From the NCBI GenBank assembly GCA_045540515.1, contig JAZQHJ010000162.1:1-47600 (forward strand): a stretch of 47,600 bases of DNA, written 5' to 3'. The position numbers were made by a program, and so were the translations under genes. The notes beneath the pieces were generated by a model, which was given only the letters and a program-made list of their open reading frames with translations, did not search any database and had not been told where the DNA came from. This DNA comes from Eubacteriales bacterium (GTDB lineage Bacteria; Bacillota; Clostridia; Oscillospirales; CAG-272). Of this stretch, positions 18,429 to 27,860 are shown in pieces (within the stretch, counting starts at the first letter, position 1; each line of letters begins with the position of its first letter).

Positions 18429-19616
18429 ATGATTAACGAAAAAATGTATGCCCTTGGCAGTCGTCGTTCAATTATTCGTGAGATTTTTGAATACTGCAAG
18501 ACAAGAGCAAGTGAAATTGGAGCTGACAAGGTTTTTGATTTCAGCATTGGAAACCCTAGCGTTCCTGCTCCAAAGGAAATAAATGATGCAATTGTAGAGC
18601 TTGTGCAAAATGAAAGCTCCGTGCTTTTACACGGCTACACCTCTGCACAGGGTGACCTTGGCACACGTACAGCCATTGCAAATCACATAAACGAAAGCTT
18701 TGGTGTTGGAATTTCTCCAAACAGCATTTATATGACCTGTGGCGCTGCCGCTTCTCTTACTATTTCCCTTCGCGCTATTTTAAATGAGGGGGAGGAGTGT
18801 GTGGTTTTTGCTCCATTCTTCACTGAATACAGAGTATTTATTGAAAATGCAGGGGGCAAGGTTGTTGTGTCAATGCCTATGGAAAGGACCTTCCAAATTG
18901 ATGTAAGCGACCTTGATAAGAAAATCACTCCTAACACAAAGGCAGTTATTATAAACTCGCCAAACAATCCAAGTGGAGTTGTTTATAGTGAGGAAACAAT
19001 TAAGGCTGTTTGTAGCCTTCTTGAAAAAAAGCAAGAGGAATATAAGCACCCTATTTATTTAATCGCCGACGAGCCATATCGTGAGCTTGTTTTTGACGGG
19101 GCTACCGTTCCATACCTTATGAATTACTACGACAATACAATCGTTTGCTATTCATACTCAAAGGCTCTTTCACTACCTGGTGAAAGAATTGGCTATATTG
19201 CCGTTAGCCCAAAAATGCAGGACTCTCAAAGCGTTTATCTTGCTGTTTGTGGCGCTGGTCGTTCACTTGGCTATGTTTGTGCGCCAAGCCTATTCCAACA
19301 GGTGATTAAAAAATGCGTTAGCGCCAAGGTTGACGTGAATGCTTACAAGGAAAACAGGGATATTTTATACTCTGCTCTTACTGAATACGGCTATGAGTGT
19401 GTTCAGCCAGACGGTGCGTTTTATCTGTTTGTTAAGGCTCTTGAAAGCGATGCCTACAAATTCTTTGAAAGAGCAAAGAAAAAGGAAATTTTAGTTGTTC
19501 CTTGTGATGATTTTGGTGTTTCTGGCTATGTAAGAATTGCTTACTGCGTTGATAAGCAAAGAATCATCAATGCTCTACCCGCCTTTAAGGCACTAGCAGA
19601 GGAATATAAAAAATAA
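18429..19616 (+). CDS. Class I/II PLP-dependent (aspartate/aromatic) aminotransferase
   Basis: NSPNNPSG, ADEPY, SYSKALSLPGERIG, GAFY, RIAY. Confidence 0.93.
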   Translation: MINEKMYALGSRRSIIREIFEYCKTRASEIGADKVFDFSIGNPSVPAPKEINDAIVELVQNESSVLLHGYTSAQGDLGTRTAIANHINESFGVGISPNSIYMTCGAAASLTISLRAILNEGEECVVFAPFFTEYRVFIENAGGKVVVSMPMERTFQIDVSDLDKKITPNTKAVIINSPNNPSGVVYSEETIKAVCSLLEKKQEEYKHPIYLIADEPYRELVFDGATVPYLMNYYDNTIVCYSYSKALSLPGERIGYIAVSPKMQDSQSVYLAVCGAGRSLGYVCAPSLFQQVIKKCVSAKVDVNAYKENRDILYSALTEYGYECVQPDGAFYLFVKALESDAYKFFERAKKKEILVVPCDDFGVSGYVRIAYCVDKQRIINALPAFKALAEEYKK

Positions 19617-19643
19617 GAAAAAGGTCTTTTAAAGACCTTTTTT
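19617..19643 (+). terminator. Intrinsic terminator of the aryl-acid operon
   Basis: AAAAAGGTCTTT-T-AAAGACCTTTTTT. Confidence 0.85.
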
Positions 19644-19668
19644 CTAAACATTTCATTTTGAGGTTACT

Positions 19669-22521
19669 ATGAAAAGAAACAATTATTATAGTCGATACAC
19701 CTTTCGTGATTACCTTCAAGCAATTCTCATCGGTGTGGGTGTTGGCTTAATTATTTCATTCATTGCTTGTATTCCCCTTTTTGTTGTGCTCGGAAACAAC
19801 CTTTTTTCTCCTAAATACACACAGGAGCAAGCGGAAAGCATTGAATTTGTTACTTTTGAGGGCTCATCCACCCATTACTATGAGGGCTTGAACGATAATC
19901 AAAAAAAGCTTTATCGCTCGGTGATAAATGATATTGAGGTTCACAGAAGAAACGAAAAGGACACCTATCGATACTACTTTGCACTTGATGATGATATAGA
20001 TATTTTATCAACATTTTCTTCAAAGGAATTTGACATTTCAACCGACCAAGTAATAGCTACTTTTTATGCTGTAAAATACGACAACCCATCACTTTGCTTT
20101 AATCAATATTACGATTGGCTTTATTCACACAAGCGTTGGTTTATTGTTCTAAATGAGGAAAATAAGGCTGTTGAGAGTGATGAAACCAAGGAAGCAATAA
20201 ATGCCTCTGTTAAGGAGGTTGAAGCCTTACTTGATGGGGTAAGTGGCGACTATGAAAGATTTAAAATTATATACGATTATGTTCTTTCAAAAACCTACTA
20301 TCAGCATGATGAAAATGGTGTGCCACTACATTCCTTTCATACCGATACATACATAGGTGTTCTTGACCAAAATGAGAACACTGGTGTTGTTTGTGGTGGG
20401 TATGCATATGCACTTACCTATCTTTCAAATGTATTTGGTATTGACTGCATCTATTTGCAAAGCAACAACATAGACCACGCATTTGTTATATCAAAAATAA
20501 ATAACAAATGGTATTATTCTGACCCGACCTTTGATGACAACATTAAAATCTCCTATTCTAACTTTCTTGTAAGTGAGGAGAATTTTTGGGAATTTCACTT
20601 TGGTGGAGTTTATGCAAATTTACTTGAAAACGATAAAACCTATGAATGGAAGCACCCATTGCCTAAAATATCGGAAACTGATTATTCATACGACAAGGTA
20701 AACAATCTGCTTTTAAAAATAAGCAGTGACGGCTCCTACTATTCAATTGTAGAATGTCTTGACAAGAATATGACTCAAATTCAAATTCCCTCGGAATATA
20801 ATGGTATTCCGATTACAACAATTGGGGAAAAGGCATTTGAGGGAAGCTCTGTTATTATTTTAAGTATTCCAAATAGTATTACTACAATAGGCTTGGGCGC
20901 CTTTTTCTCCTGCTTTTCTCTTTCATATGTAGAAATTCCAAGCAGTGTTACTTATATTGATAAAGCTGCATTTACAGGATGTCCAAATCTTATAGAGGTC
21001 GCAATTGAAAGCGAGTCCTTTTATGACCAATTAAGTGATGAGGAAAATTTAATTTTTTCCAATGCAAGGATTTTATATTCAGGCTCTTTGCCAACAGAAG
21101 CCGAGCGCTTTTGTCAAATCGAAAACGACTTTGTTTTTTGTGACAATGGCGTATTTTATCTTTGTGGATATGTTGGAAATGAAAAGGAAGTAAGCCTACC
21201 AAGCACCTACAAGGGTGAGCCATACAGGATAAGAAGGTATGCATTTACTAATAGTCAAATTACGACTTTATCTGTTCCAAACGGTGTAAAAATTAGTGAT
21301 TATTCATTTTACAAGGCAGAACAGCTAAAAATCGTTGCTTTGCCAAATGATTTGAACGTTATTCCCACATATGCATTTTATGGTTGCTCAAATCTTTGCG
21401 ACATAGATATTCCAAGCCAAGTAACCAACATATCAAGCAATGCATTTTACGAATGCACTAGTCTTAAAGAAATCACACTGCCAAGCACAATTGTGTCAAT
21501 TGGCAATGATGCCTTTTATAATTGTGACAGCTTAACCTCTGTGAGCATTCCAGCAAGCCTTATGAACCTTGGTGCAGGTGCATTTTCTGCTTGTAGCTCG
21601 CTTAAAGAAATTTTGGTAGCAAAGGAAAACACCGCCTTTTGCTCAATTGACGGAATTCTCTATTCAAAGGATAAGAAAAAGCTTATTCAATACCCCTGTG
21701 CAAAGCCTGATAAGGTATTTGCGTTTTCAAATGAGTTAAACAATTATTCCTTCTCTGGCTTTTATGAGTGCAATAATATTGAGGAATTTAAAACTGATAA
21801 TAATGACAGATATGTAGCCGTTGACGGTGTGCTTTACTCAAAGGATATGAAGGAATTAAAGCTATATCCACGTGGAAAAAGAGATTTGTCCTTTACGGTT
21901 CCAAACGGAGTTGAGGAAATTCAAAGCCATGCATTTTCATCAAATGACTACATTACATCAGTGTTCCTTTCCGACTCTGTAAAGACATTAAAAAGCTATT
22001 CATTTTTTGAGTGTGGCTCCTTAATTAGGTTCAAATACGGAAAGAGCCTTACCACCATTGATAAAACGGCATTTTTAAGTACCTATATCGTTGAATTATA
22101 CGACCTAAGAGACGGTGATAAAGTAATTTTTAAGGAAGGAATATTCAAAATTCACCATAAAATGGATGAAAGCATTCTTACCTATTCTGGCGATTATGTA
22201 TTTGCTAACAGCAATGATAAAATGTATTTAGTAAAATACACTGGAAGTGACAGTGAAATTTATTTGCCGACTGATTTTGAATATGCCATAAATTCATATG
22301 TGCTTTACGAAAATGATAGCGTAAGAGCTGTTCATATTCCAACGAATGCAACTGAAATAAAGAAAAACGCATTCTTCGGCTGTTCAATTACAGATGCATA
22401 TATGGAGGGAAGGTGGATTTGCAAGGCAACTCAGACGGCTCCTACCTTTGATACAAGCCTATTATCCACTATTTTGACCGATAAATATCTTGCATATGAC
22501 TGGAAATGCCATAAGGATTAA
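19669..22521 (+). CDS. Membrane-anchored transglutaminase-like domain + BspA-type LRR protein
   Basis: N-terminal TM; VVCGGYA...DHAF...WYYSDPTFDD (Cys-His-Asp); repeated IP.SVT.I...AF..C..L repeats. Confidence 0.88.
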   Translation: MKRNNYYSRYTFRDYLQAILIGVGVGLIISFIACIPLFVVLGNNLFSPKYTQEQAESIEFVTFEGSSTHYYEGLNDNQKKLYRSVINDIEVHRRNEKDTYRYYFALDDDIDILSTFSSKEFDISTDQVIATFYAVKYDNPSLCFNQYYDWLYSHKRWFIVLNEENKAVESDETKEAINASVKEVEALLDGVSGDYERFKIIYDYVLSKTYYQHDENGVPLHSFHTDTYIGVLDQNENTGVVCGGYAYALTYLSNVFGIDCIYLQSNNIDHAFVISKINNKWYYSDPTFDDNIKISYSNFLVSEENFWEFHFGGVYANLLENDKTYEWKHPLPKISETDYSYDKVNNLLLKISSDGSYYSIVECLDKNMTQIQIPSEYNGIPITTIGEKAFEGSSVIILSIPNSITTIGLGAFFSCFSLSYVEIPSSVTYIDKAAFTGCPNLIEVAIESESFYDQLSDEENLIFSNARILYSGSLPTEAERFCQIENDFVFCDNGVFYLCGYVGNEKEVSLPSTYKGEPYRIRRYAFTNSQITTLSVPNGVKISDYSFYKAEQLKIVALPNDLNVIPTYAFYGCSNLCDIDIPSQVTNISSNAFYECTSLKEITLPSTIVSIGNDAFYNCDSLTSVSIPASLMNLGAGAFSACSSLKEILVAKENTAFCSIDGILYSKDKKKLIQYPCAKPDKVFAFSNELNNYSFSGFYECNNIEEFKTDNNDRYVAVDGVLYSKDMKELKLYPRGKRDLSFTVPNGVEEIQSHAFSSNDYITSVFLSDSVKTLKSYSFFECGSLIRFKYGKSLTTIDKTAFLSTYIVELYDLRDGDKVIFKEGIFKIHHKMDESILTYSGDYVFANSNDKMYLVKYTGSDSEIYLPTDFEYAINSYVLYENDSVRAVHIPTNATEIKKNAFFGCSITDAYMEGRWICKATQTAPTFDTSLLSTILTDKYLAYDWKCHKD

Positions 22522-22522
22522 A

Positions 22523-22552
22523 GAAAAAAGCGACCACGTGGTCGCTTTTTTT
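22523..22552. terminator. Bidirectional terminator
   Basis: Perfect palindrome AAAAAAGCGACCACGTGGTCGCTTTTTT. Confidence 0.88.
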
Positions 22553-23276
22553 AGTCTATTGTCTCAACAATCATTTCTGCCTCAATGTTTATTTTGCCGT
22601 CCTCCTTTACGGAACGGAAATAATGCTTGCCGTCGGTTTTTGCCATATAGATTTTTACCATTTCCCCTGTTTTTATGTCACTTAAAAAGTTGATTGCAAG
22701 GGATTTTACCATAATCTTTTCTGGGCTTGGCATACTGTTTATTAGCATACTTGGGTAGTTTGTGTTGTTCATATGACCGTTTAGGTCAGTATCGGTGTAT
22801 CTTACTGTATATTCGCTAGTTAGGGCAAGGGGTAGCTTACTTGGTATTCTTATTCTTAGAGGGTGTTCAAGGCTAACAGGCTCGTCCATATCGTAATTTG
22901 CAAGGTCAACCTCGCTTACCTTGTACAGCCTTTTGTCCTCAGTGTCAACCAGTGCCCAGGTGGAGTGTGCCTCTGCCATTATCTCGCCATTTGCCTCAAT
23001 TGAGTATGAACGCATAAAGCTAAATCCACGGCTAGGACACGCCCATGTTTTTACAGATATATCCTGATATGCGTAAATAGGGTTATACATTTCAATTCTT
23101 ATATTGCTTAAAATAAATGCCTTTTTTTCCTCAAAAAGCTCCTCGTAGGACGGCTTTCTTGCCTTCATTTGTCTCATTGAGGTTTCCTGCATAAACTTTA
23201 AAATATGTGACGGACCAACAACCTCATTTGAGTTTGTGTCGTGAAATTTTACGTTATATTTTTCTTCCCACTTCAT
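22551..23276 (-). CDS. Acyl-ACP thioesterase (double hot-dog fold)
   Basis: VRYTDTDLNGHMNNTNY motif. Start moved to ATG 23276. Confidence 0.9.
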   Translation of the reverse strand: MKWEEKYNVKFHDTNSNEVVGPSHILKFMQETSMRQMKARKPSYEELFEEKKAFILSNIRIEMYNPIYAYQDISVKTWACPSRGFSFMRSYSIEANGEIMAEAHSTWALVDTEDKRLYKVSEVDLANYDMDEPVSLEHPLRIRIPSKLPLALTSEYTVRYTDTDLNGHMNNTNYPSMLINSMPSPEKIMVKSLAINFLSDIKTGEMVKIYMAKTDGKHYFRSVKEDGKINIEAEMIVETID

Positions 23277-23356
23277 TATGTATTCTCCATATTTGATTTT
23301 CTTGATAATTTTAGCATAGTTTTGATTATAATGCAAGTAGGTAAATTCAAAGTAAA

Positions 23357-23384
23357 TAAAAAACCTAGCACAAGGTGCTAGGTT
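23357..23384 (-). terminator. Terminator after mazF
   Basis: AACCTAGCAC-AAG-GTGCTAGGTT stem with T-run on the minus strand. Confidence 0.8.
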
Positions 23385-23791
23385 AAAATATTATTTGGTT
23401 GAAAATCAGATACGTACTGCGGTGCTTCCTCGTTTTCGTATGTTGTTGTGCCAAGTCCAAAGCTTATTGTTATTGCGTTATTTACCATTCTCATAACGTC
23501 GCTATCAAGATGTCCCATTTTCTCCTTTAAGCGCTTTTTGTCGATTGTGCGAATTTGTTCAAGTAATATTACTGAATCCTTGGCAAGACCGACCTTTTCG
23601 CCGTAAACGTCTATATGCGTTGGCAATTTGGATTTTGTTAGCTTGCTTGTTATGGCTGATACAATAACTGTTGGACTGTATTTGTTTCCTACATCATTTT
23701 GCACAACCAAAACAGGACGAAGCCCACCTTGCTCCGAGCCTACAACTGGGCTCAGGTCAGCATAGTATATATCTCCACGTCGAATGTTCAA
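23378..23791 (-). CDS. mazF: PemK/MazF (EndoA-type) mRNA interferase, no adjacent antitoxin
   Basis: [38 protein letters not shown]...[10 protein letters not shown]. Likely TTG start at 23791 after AGGAG. Confidence 0.93.
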   Translation of the reverse strand: MNIRRGDIYYADLSPVVGSEQGGLRPVLVVQNDVGNKYSPTVIVSAITSKLTKSKLPTHIDVYGEKVGLAKDSVILLEQIRTIDKKRLKEKMGHLDSDVMRMVNNAITISFGLGTTTYENEEAPQYVSDFQPNNILT

Positions 23792-23967
23792 TTTTTTCAC
23801 TCCTAGCAACAAAAGATTTGGGCTAAATTGTCTCAGAACAATAAGTCGCTGAGCCTTTATCCGTCTTTTGTTTTGAAAATTTTTAATTTATTGCATAATT
23901 ATTATTGGCTTTATTTTTTCCTTTAATACATTTTATGCAAAATTTTCTTGGGTGTAATTAAATTAAG

Positions 23968-23996
23968 CAAAAAGAGCCAACAGCTGTTGGCTCTTT
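23968..23996 (-). terminator. Terminator between the hypothetical gene and mazF
   Basis: Palindrome AAAGAGCCAACAGCTGTTGGCTCTTT. Confidence 0.85.
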
Positions 23997-23997
23997 G

Positions 23998-24729
23998 TTA
24001 TTCTAGCTCCTTTTTTTCCTTGCGTGATAGCTTGTATGGAATGTAGGTGTCGTCCTTTTCGTGGAAGGTTAGTGTTGAGCCTGCGCTTGTGCTACTGCCG
24101 TTTTTGAAAATTAGGGTTGTTTTTCCGTCAATTTCAACCTGCTCAACATTTTTAAGCATCATATTTACAGAAAGAGAATCCGCGGTAAAATCAACATTTG
24201 TAAGCTCTAATTTAAAGTAAACATAGCTACGCCAATTTGTGGTATCAAGCACGGTTGGCTCATATATTTTGCCATTTGAGTCGCTTATCTCATAATAAAC
24301 TCCGATATCATCAAGAGTGTATTCTATATCTAGCTCGGTGGCATTTTCATTTATTGCCTGAACGACCTCGTTTAGGTGACGTACATTGTATCTTACGGTT
24401 AACTGCATATAGCTATTTTGCTCGTTGTAAACAAAGGAAAATGCATAAATTGCGCCATTTTCGGACATTTCCGTTCCTGCTACGTGAGTGCGTAGGTCAG
24501 TGCTATTTTCGTACACGTCCCTTAGGTTATTTGTGATATAAAGGCTATCGAGCTCCTTATGGTCAGCACCGCAGAAGTTAAGAATTAAAACGATTATTAC
24601 AGCATAAAGCAAAACGCTAATAATTATACTGACAATCTTTGTTGCCTTTTTCGCCCTTGGATTTTCCTGTGGCTCATTGTATGCGTCATTTTCAAGCTCT
24701 GTCTGTATGCTTTCTTGCTCCTTATCCAT
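23998..24729 (-). CDS. Hypothetical single-pass membrane protein
   Basis: RBS GGAGGTG; one TM segment, then a beta-rich extracellular domain. No family recognised. Confidence 0.8.
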   Translation of the reverse strand: MDKEQESIQTELENDAYNEPQENPRAKKATKIVSIIISVLLYAVIIVLILNFCGADHKELDSLYITNNLRDVYENSTDLRTHVAGTEMSENGAIYAFSFVYNEQNSYMQLTVRYNVRHLNEVVQAINENATELDIEYTLDDIGVYYEISDSNGKIYEPTVLDTTNWRSYVYFKLELTNVDFTADSLSVNMMLKNVEQVEIDGKTTLIFKNGSSTSAGSTLTFHEKDDTYIPYKLSRKEKKELE

Positions 24730-24809
24730 TTTAGCACCTCCCTTGTTGCATTACACTGTGGTTATTGTAGCATATTTTTTTGTCTTTATCAATATTTTTA
24801 AAAAAATAC

Positions 24810-24838
24810 TTGACAAAACTGTTTTTATTATATATAAT
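24810..24838 (+). promoter_or_regulatory. Consensus sigma-A promoter of yceD-rpmF
   Basis: TTGACA-N17-TATAAT. Confidence 0.85.
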
Positions 24839-24870
24839 AGTTAGGCTAAATAGTGTGATTGGAGTGCATT

Positions 24871-25389
24871 ATGGTTTTAGATATTACCTCACTTATCAAT
24901 GGAAAAAAATCAAGAATAGATTTTGAATATACTATTGAAAATAGTGATGACACACCCGTATTGCCCCCAAATGATGTTTCTTTTACTGCACCAGTAAGGG
25001 TTCGTGGCTATATTACAGACAATGCTGGATATATGGCACTTTCAGCAACTGCTGAAATTGACTACTCTTCACGCTGTGCAAGATGTCTTGAGGATATTTC
25101 TGGCACATTTATCCTTGAATTCAATCGTACGGTGGCAGCTAAGGGAACTCTACAAAATGAGGATGATGACTCCTATGTTATCGTCAAAAACGGTTTACTA
25201 GACATCGACCGTGAGCTTGTAGAGGATTTGCTCCTTGAGTTTCCAGTAAAGCTCCTTTGTAAAGAGGAATGCAAGGGACTTTGCCCAAAATGTGGTAAAA
25301 ACCTCAATTTTGACAAATGCGATTGCCCGAAGAAAAAAGAAATTGACCCAAGACTCGCTATTTTTCAAAAACTACTTGAAAATGAATAA
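24871..25389 (+). CDS. yceD: DUF177/YceD family protein
   Basis: CARCL, LCKEECKGLCPKCGKNLN, IDPR; upstream of rpmF. Start moved to ATG 24871. Confidence 0.92.
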   Translation: MVLDITSLINGKKSRIDFEYTIENSDDTPVLPPNDVSFTAPVRVRGYITDNAGYMALSATAEIDYSSRCARCLEDISGTFILEFNRTVAAKGTLQNEDDDSYVIVKNGLLDIDRELVEDLLLEFPVKLLCKEECKGLCPKCGKNLNFDKCDCPKKKEIDPRLAIFQKLLENE

Positions 25390-25454
25390 TTTTTGTAGTA
25401 TAATACTAAAAGTTAAAAATTTGATGATTATATATCACTAAGGAGGCTTTTAAA

Positions 25455-25637
25455 ATGGCAGTACCAAAGAGAAAACAATCTCACGCTCGTACAAACAAGA
25501 GAAGATCAAACAACTCAAAGCTTACAGCTCCAACAATGGTTAAGTGCGCAAAGTGTGGCGAATACAATCTTACACACCGTGTTTGCTCAGCTTGTGGCTA
25601 CTACGGAGATAAGCAAATCGTTGACAAAGAGGCATAA
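25455..25637 (+). CDS. rpmF: 50S ribosomal protein L32 (zinc-binding form)
   Basis: MAVPKRK.S..R...RR, C..CGE....HRVC..CGYY. Confidence 0.97.
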   Translation: MAVPKRKQSHARTNKRRSNNSKLTAPTMVKCAKCGEYNLTHRVCSACGYYGDKQIVDKEA

Positions 25638-25640
25638 TTT

Positions 25641-25664
25641 AAGACACTCGCAAGAGTGTCTTTT
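25641..25664 (+). terminator. Terminator after rpmF
   Basis: AAGACACTC-GCAA-GAGTGTCTT-TT. Confidence 0.8.
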
Positions 25665-25746
25665 GTCTTTTATAATTTGAAATTTCAATGCCAAGTACAG
25701 AAGCATTCCAAGAGTGTCTTATGTCAGGCATATTAAGGAGAAATTT

Positions 25747-26508
25747 ATGCAATACACTCATAAAAAGAGCTCTGCTCTTGTCCGCTTTTTATTCCTTACC
25801 CTTATCGGTCTTGGCTTTATAATTGCCTTTATTCCCTTTACTGGTTTAATCAGGTCGATTATGTCCACTGTGGCAATTCTTTGTATTCTTGGTGGAATGA
25901 TGATTTTTATGAAATATGAAGCCACCGTTTACTCGGTTGTTATAAATGCAAGGGAAACTGATTTTGATTTCTTTATAAACAAGTCAATCGGTAAGCGTGG
26001 CTCTTACATTTGCTATTTTTATATTTCAGATGCCTTAAAGGTTGTTAAATATGACGGGGCTGATAGCAAGGACGAGATTTCAAAGGAATATAACGGAATT
26101 GTTTTTCATAGCTATGTTCACAATTTAAAATCAAGAGACAGATATGCTATAATTTTCAAGCTTGATGGCAGATATGATGCTCTTGTGGTGGAGCTGAATA
26201 ATGAGGCTCTTAGCAGACTAAATGACTTTATTGAGGTAGCTAAGGCAGTTGGTCAAAGGCATACCGAGGTACACGGCTATGGCAGTGATGACGATGAAAA
26301 TGAAATTGCCCTTACCCTACCAAGCGAAAGCGAGCAAGAGGCGGCAGACACAGATAATACAACAGCCGTAAGCAATAGCACAAACGCAAGCGACAATGCA
26401 GATAACAGCTCTTCTGATATAATCGCAAGTGAGAATTCAGACGCAAGCGATAGCGTAAACAACGGCTCAACAGAAGCAGACGTTATAAGCGACGACACAA
26501 GCAACTAA
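25747..26508 (+). CDS. Hypothetical membrane protein with acidic low-complexity tail
   Basis: RBS AAGGAG, two TM segments, globular domain, D/S/N/T-rich C-terminus. Confidence 0.78.
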   Translation: MQYTHKKSSALVRFLFLTLIGLGFIIAFIPFTGLIRSIMSTVAILCILGGMMIFMKYEATVYSVVINARETDFDFFINKSIGKRGSYICYFYISDALKVVKYDGADSKDEISKEYNGIVFHSYVHNLKSRDRYAIIFKLDGRYDALVVELNNEALSRLNDFIEVAKAVGQRHTEVHGYGSDDDENEIALTLPSESEQEAADTDNTTAVSNSTNASDNADNSSSDIIASENSDASDSVNNGSTEADVISDDTSN

Positions 26509-26536
26509 AAAAGGACTCAAAATGAGTCCTTTTTTT
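26507..26536. terminator. Bidirectional terminator
   Basis: AAAAAAGGACTCA-AAA-TGAGTCCTTTTTT. Confidence 0.85.
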
Positions 26537-26990
26537 ATTTTTTATGCTTAAAATTACTTTCAGTGGCCTCGCCAAAGCGTTCCTTTATAAATTTGAGTGC
26601 CTCCTTAAAGATTACCTTGTCGTTTTCAAAGGAGTGGTCGTATGGGAATTCATCCTCAAAGAACCACTTGAATGCGGCAATCTCCTCTGGCTGTGGAACA
26701 ACGTAGGCTCTTGTTGTAAGAGCAGTAAAATATACAACTGTTTTTTCTATATTCTTTTTCTTGCCGATTAGGTAATGAGATTCCATTCTGAATCCGTTTT
26801 CGATTTTTACCTCAATGCCTGTTTCCTCGTAGGTTTCTCTTATGGCAGTTTGGTACTCGTTTTCGCCCTCCTCGACGTGTCCCTTTGGAAAGGACCAGCA
26901 GTCTGTGTATTTATTTTTGATTAAAAGCACGGCATATTTTCCTCTTGTTTTGCGAAAAATTACAGTGCCACAGGATTTTTCGTGCTTCAT
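26535..26990 (-). CDS. NUDIX hydrolase (Ap4A hydrolase-like)
   Basis: EKSCG, WSFPKGHVEEGENEYQTAIRETYEETG Nudix box. Confidence 0.9.
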   Translation of the reverse strand: MKHEKSCGTVIFRKTRGKYAVLLIKNKYTDCWSFPKGHVEEGENEYQTAIRETYEETGIEVKIENGFRMESHYLIGKKKNIEKTVVYFTALTTRAYVVPQPEEIAAFKWFFEDEFPYDHSFENDKVIFKEALKFIKERFGEATESNFKHKK

Positions 26991-27083
26991 TTGGCCCCTC
27001 CTTTGTGATTATTTTCTCAATCTTGTCCTATAAAAACAACAGTTATTTTACCACAAATATACATATTTGTCAATAATATAGGC

Positions 27084-27860
27084 TTACAATACTGCTTTTA
27101 GGAATTGCTTTGTTCTTGGGTTTTGTGGGTTGTCAAATAGCTCAGAGGGTGTGCCCTGCTCAGCAATAACTCCCTCGTCCATAAATATAACTCTTGTTCC
27201 AACCTCACGTGCAAAGCCCATTTCGTGGGTAACAATAACCATTGTCATTCCCTCACTTGCAACCTCCTTTATGAGGCTCAAAACCTCGCCAACCATTTCT
27301 GGGTCAAGGGCTGATGTAGGCTCATCAAATAGCATTACCTTTGGATTCATTGCAAGTGCCCTTACAATTGCAATTCTTTGCTTTTGTCCGCCTGAAAGGG
27401 TTGAGGGGTATGCATTTGCCTTGTCCTCAAGTCCTATTCTGCGAAGCAGTGCAAGTGCATTTTGCTTACACTCCTCCTTAAATTGCTTTTTGGTCTTGCC
27501 CTCTTCCTTTGCCTTTTTTGAATAAATCATATATGGGGCAAGCATTATATTTTCAAGCACTGTTTTGTTGTTGAATAGATTGAACTGCTGGAACACCATA
27601 CCCATATTTTGACGGTGAATATTGATATCAACCTTAGGGTCAGCAATATCAACGTCGTCAAAGATAATTTGACCTCCATCTGGGTCCTCAAGACAGTTTA
27701 AGCATCTTAAAAATGTACTCTTACCAGAGCCAGATGCACCGATTATAACCACCTTTTCGCCCTTGTAAATATCGGTTGAAACGTCCTTTAAAACAACATT
27801 GTCACCAAATTGCTTTTTTAAATTTTTAACTGAAAGAATTGGTTTTTCATTTGTCATCAC
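27084..27860 (-). CDS. Polar amino-acid ABC transporter ATP-binding protein
   Basis: [38 protein letters not shown]. Confidence 0.96.
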   Translation of the reverse strand: MMTNEKPILSVKNLKKQFGDNVVLKDVSTDIYKGEKVVIIGASGSGKSTFLRCLNCLEDPDGGQIIFDDVDIADPKVDINIHRQNMGMVFQQFNLFNNKTVLENIMLAPYMIYSKKAKEEGKTKKQFKEECKQNALALLRRIGLEDKANAYPSTLSGGQKQRIAIVRALAMNPKVMLFDEPTSALDPEMVGEVLSLIKEVASEGMTMVIVTHEMGFAREVGTRVIFMDEGVIAEQGTPSELFDNPQNPRTKQFLKAVL

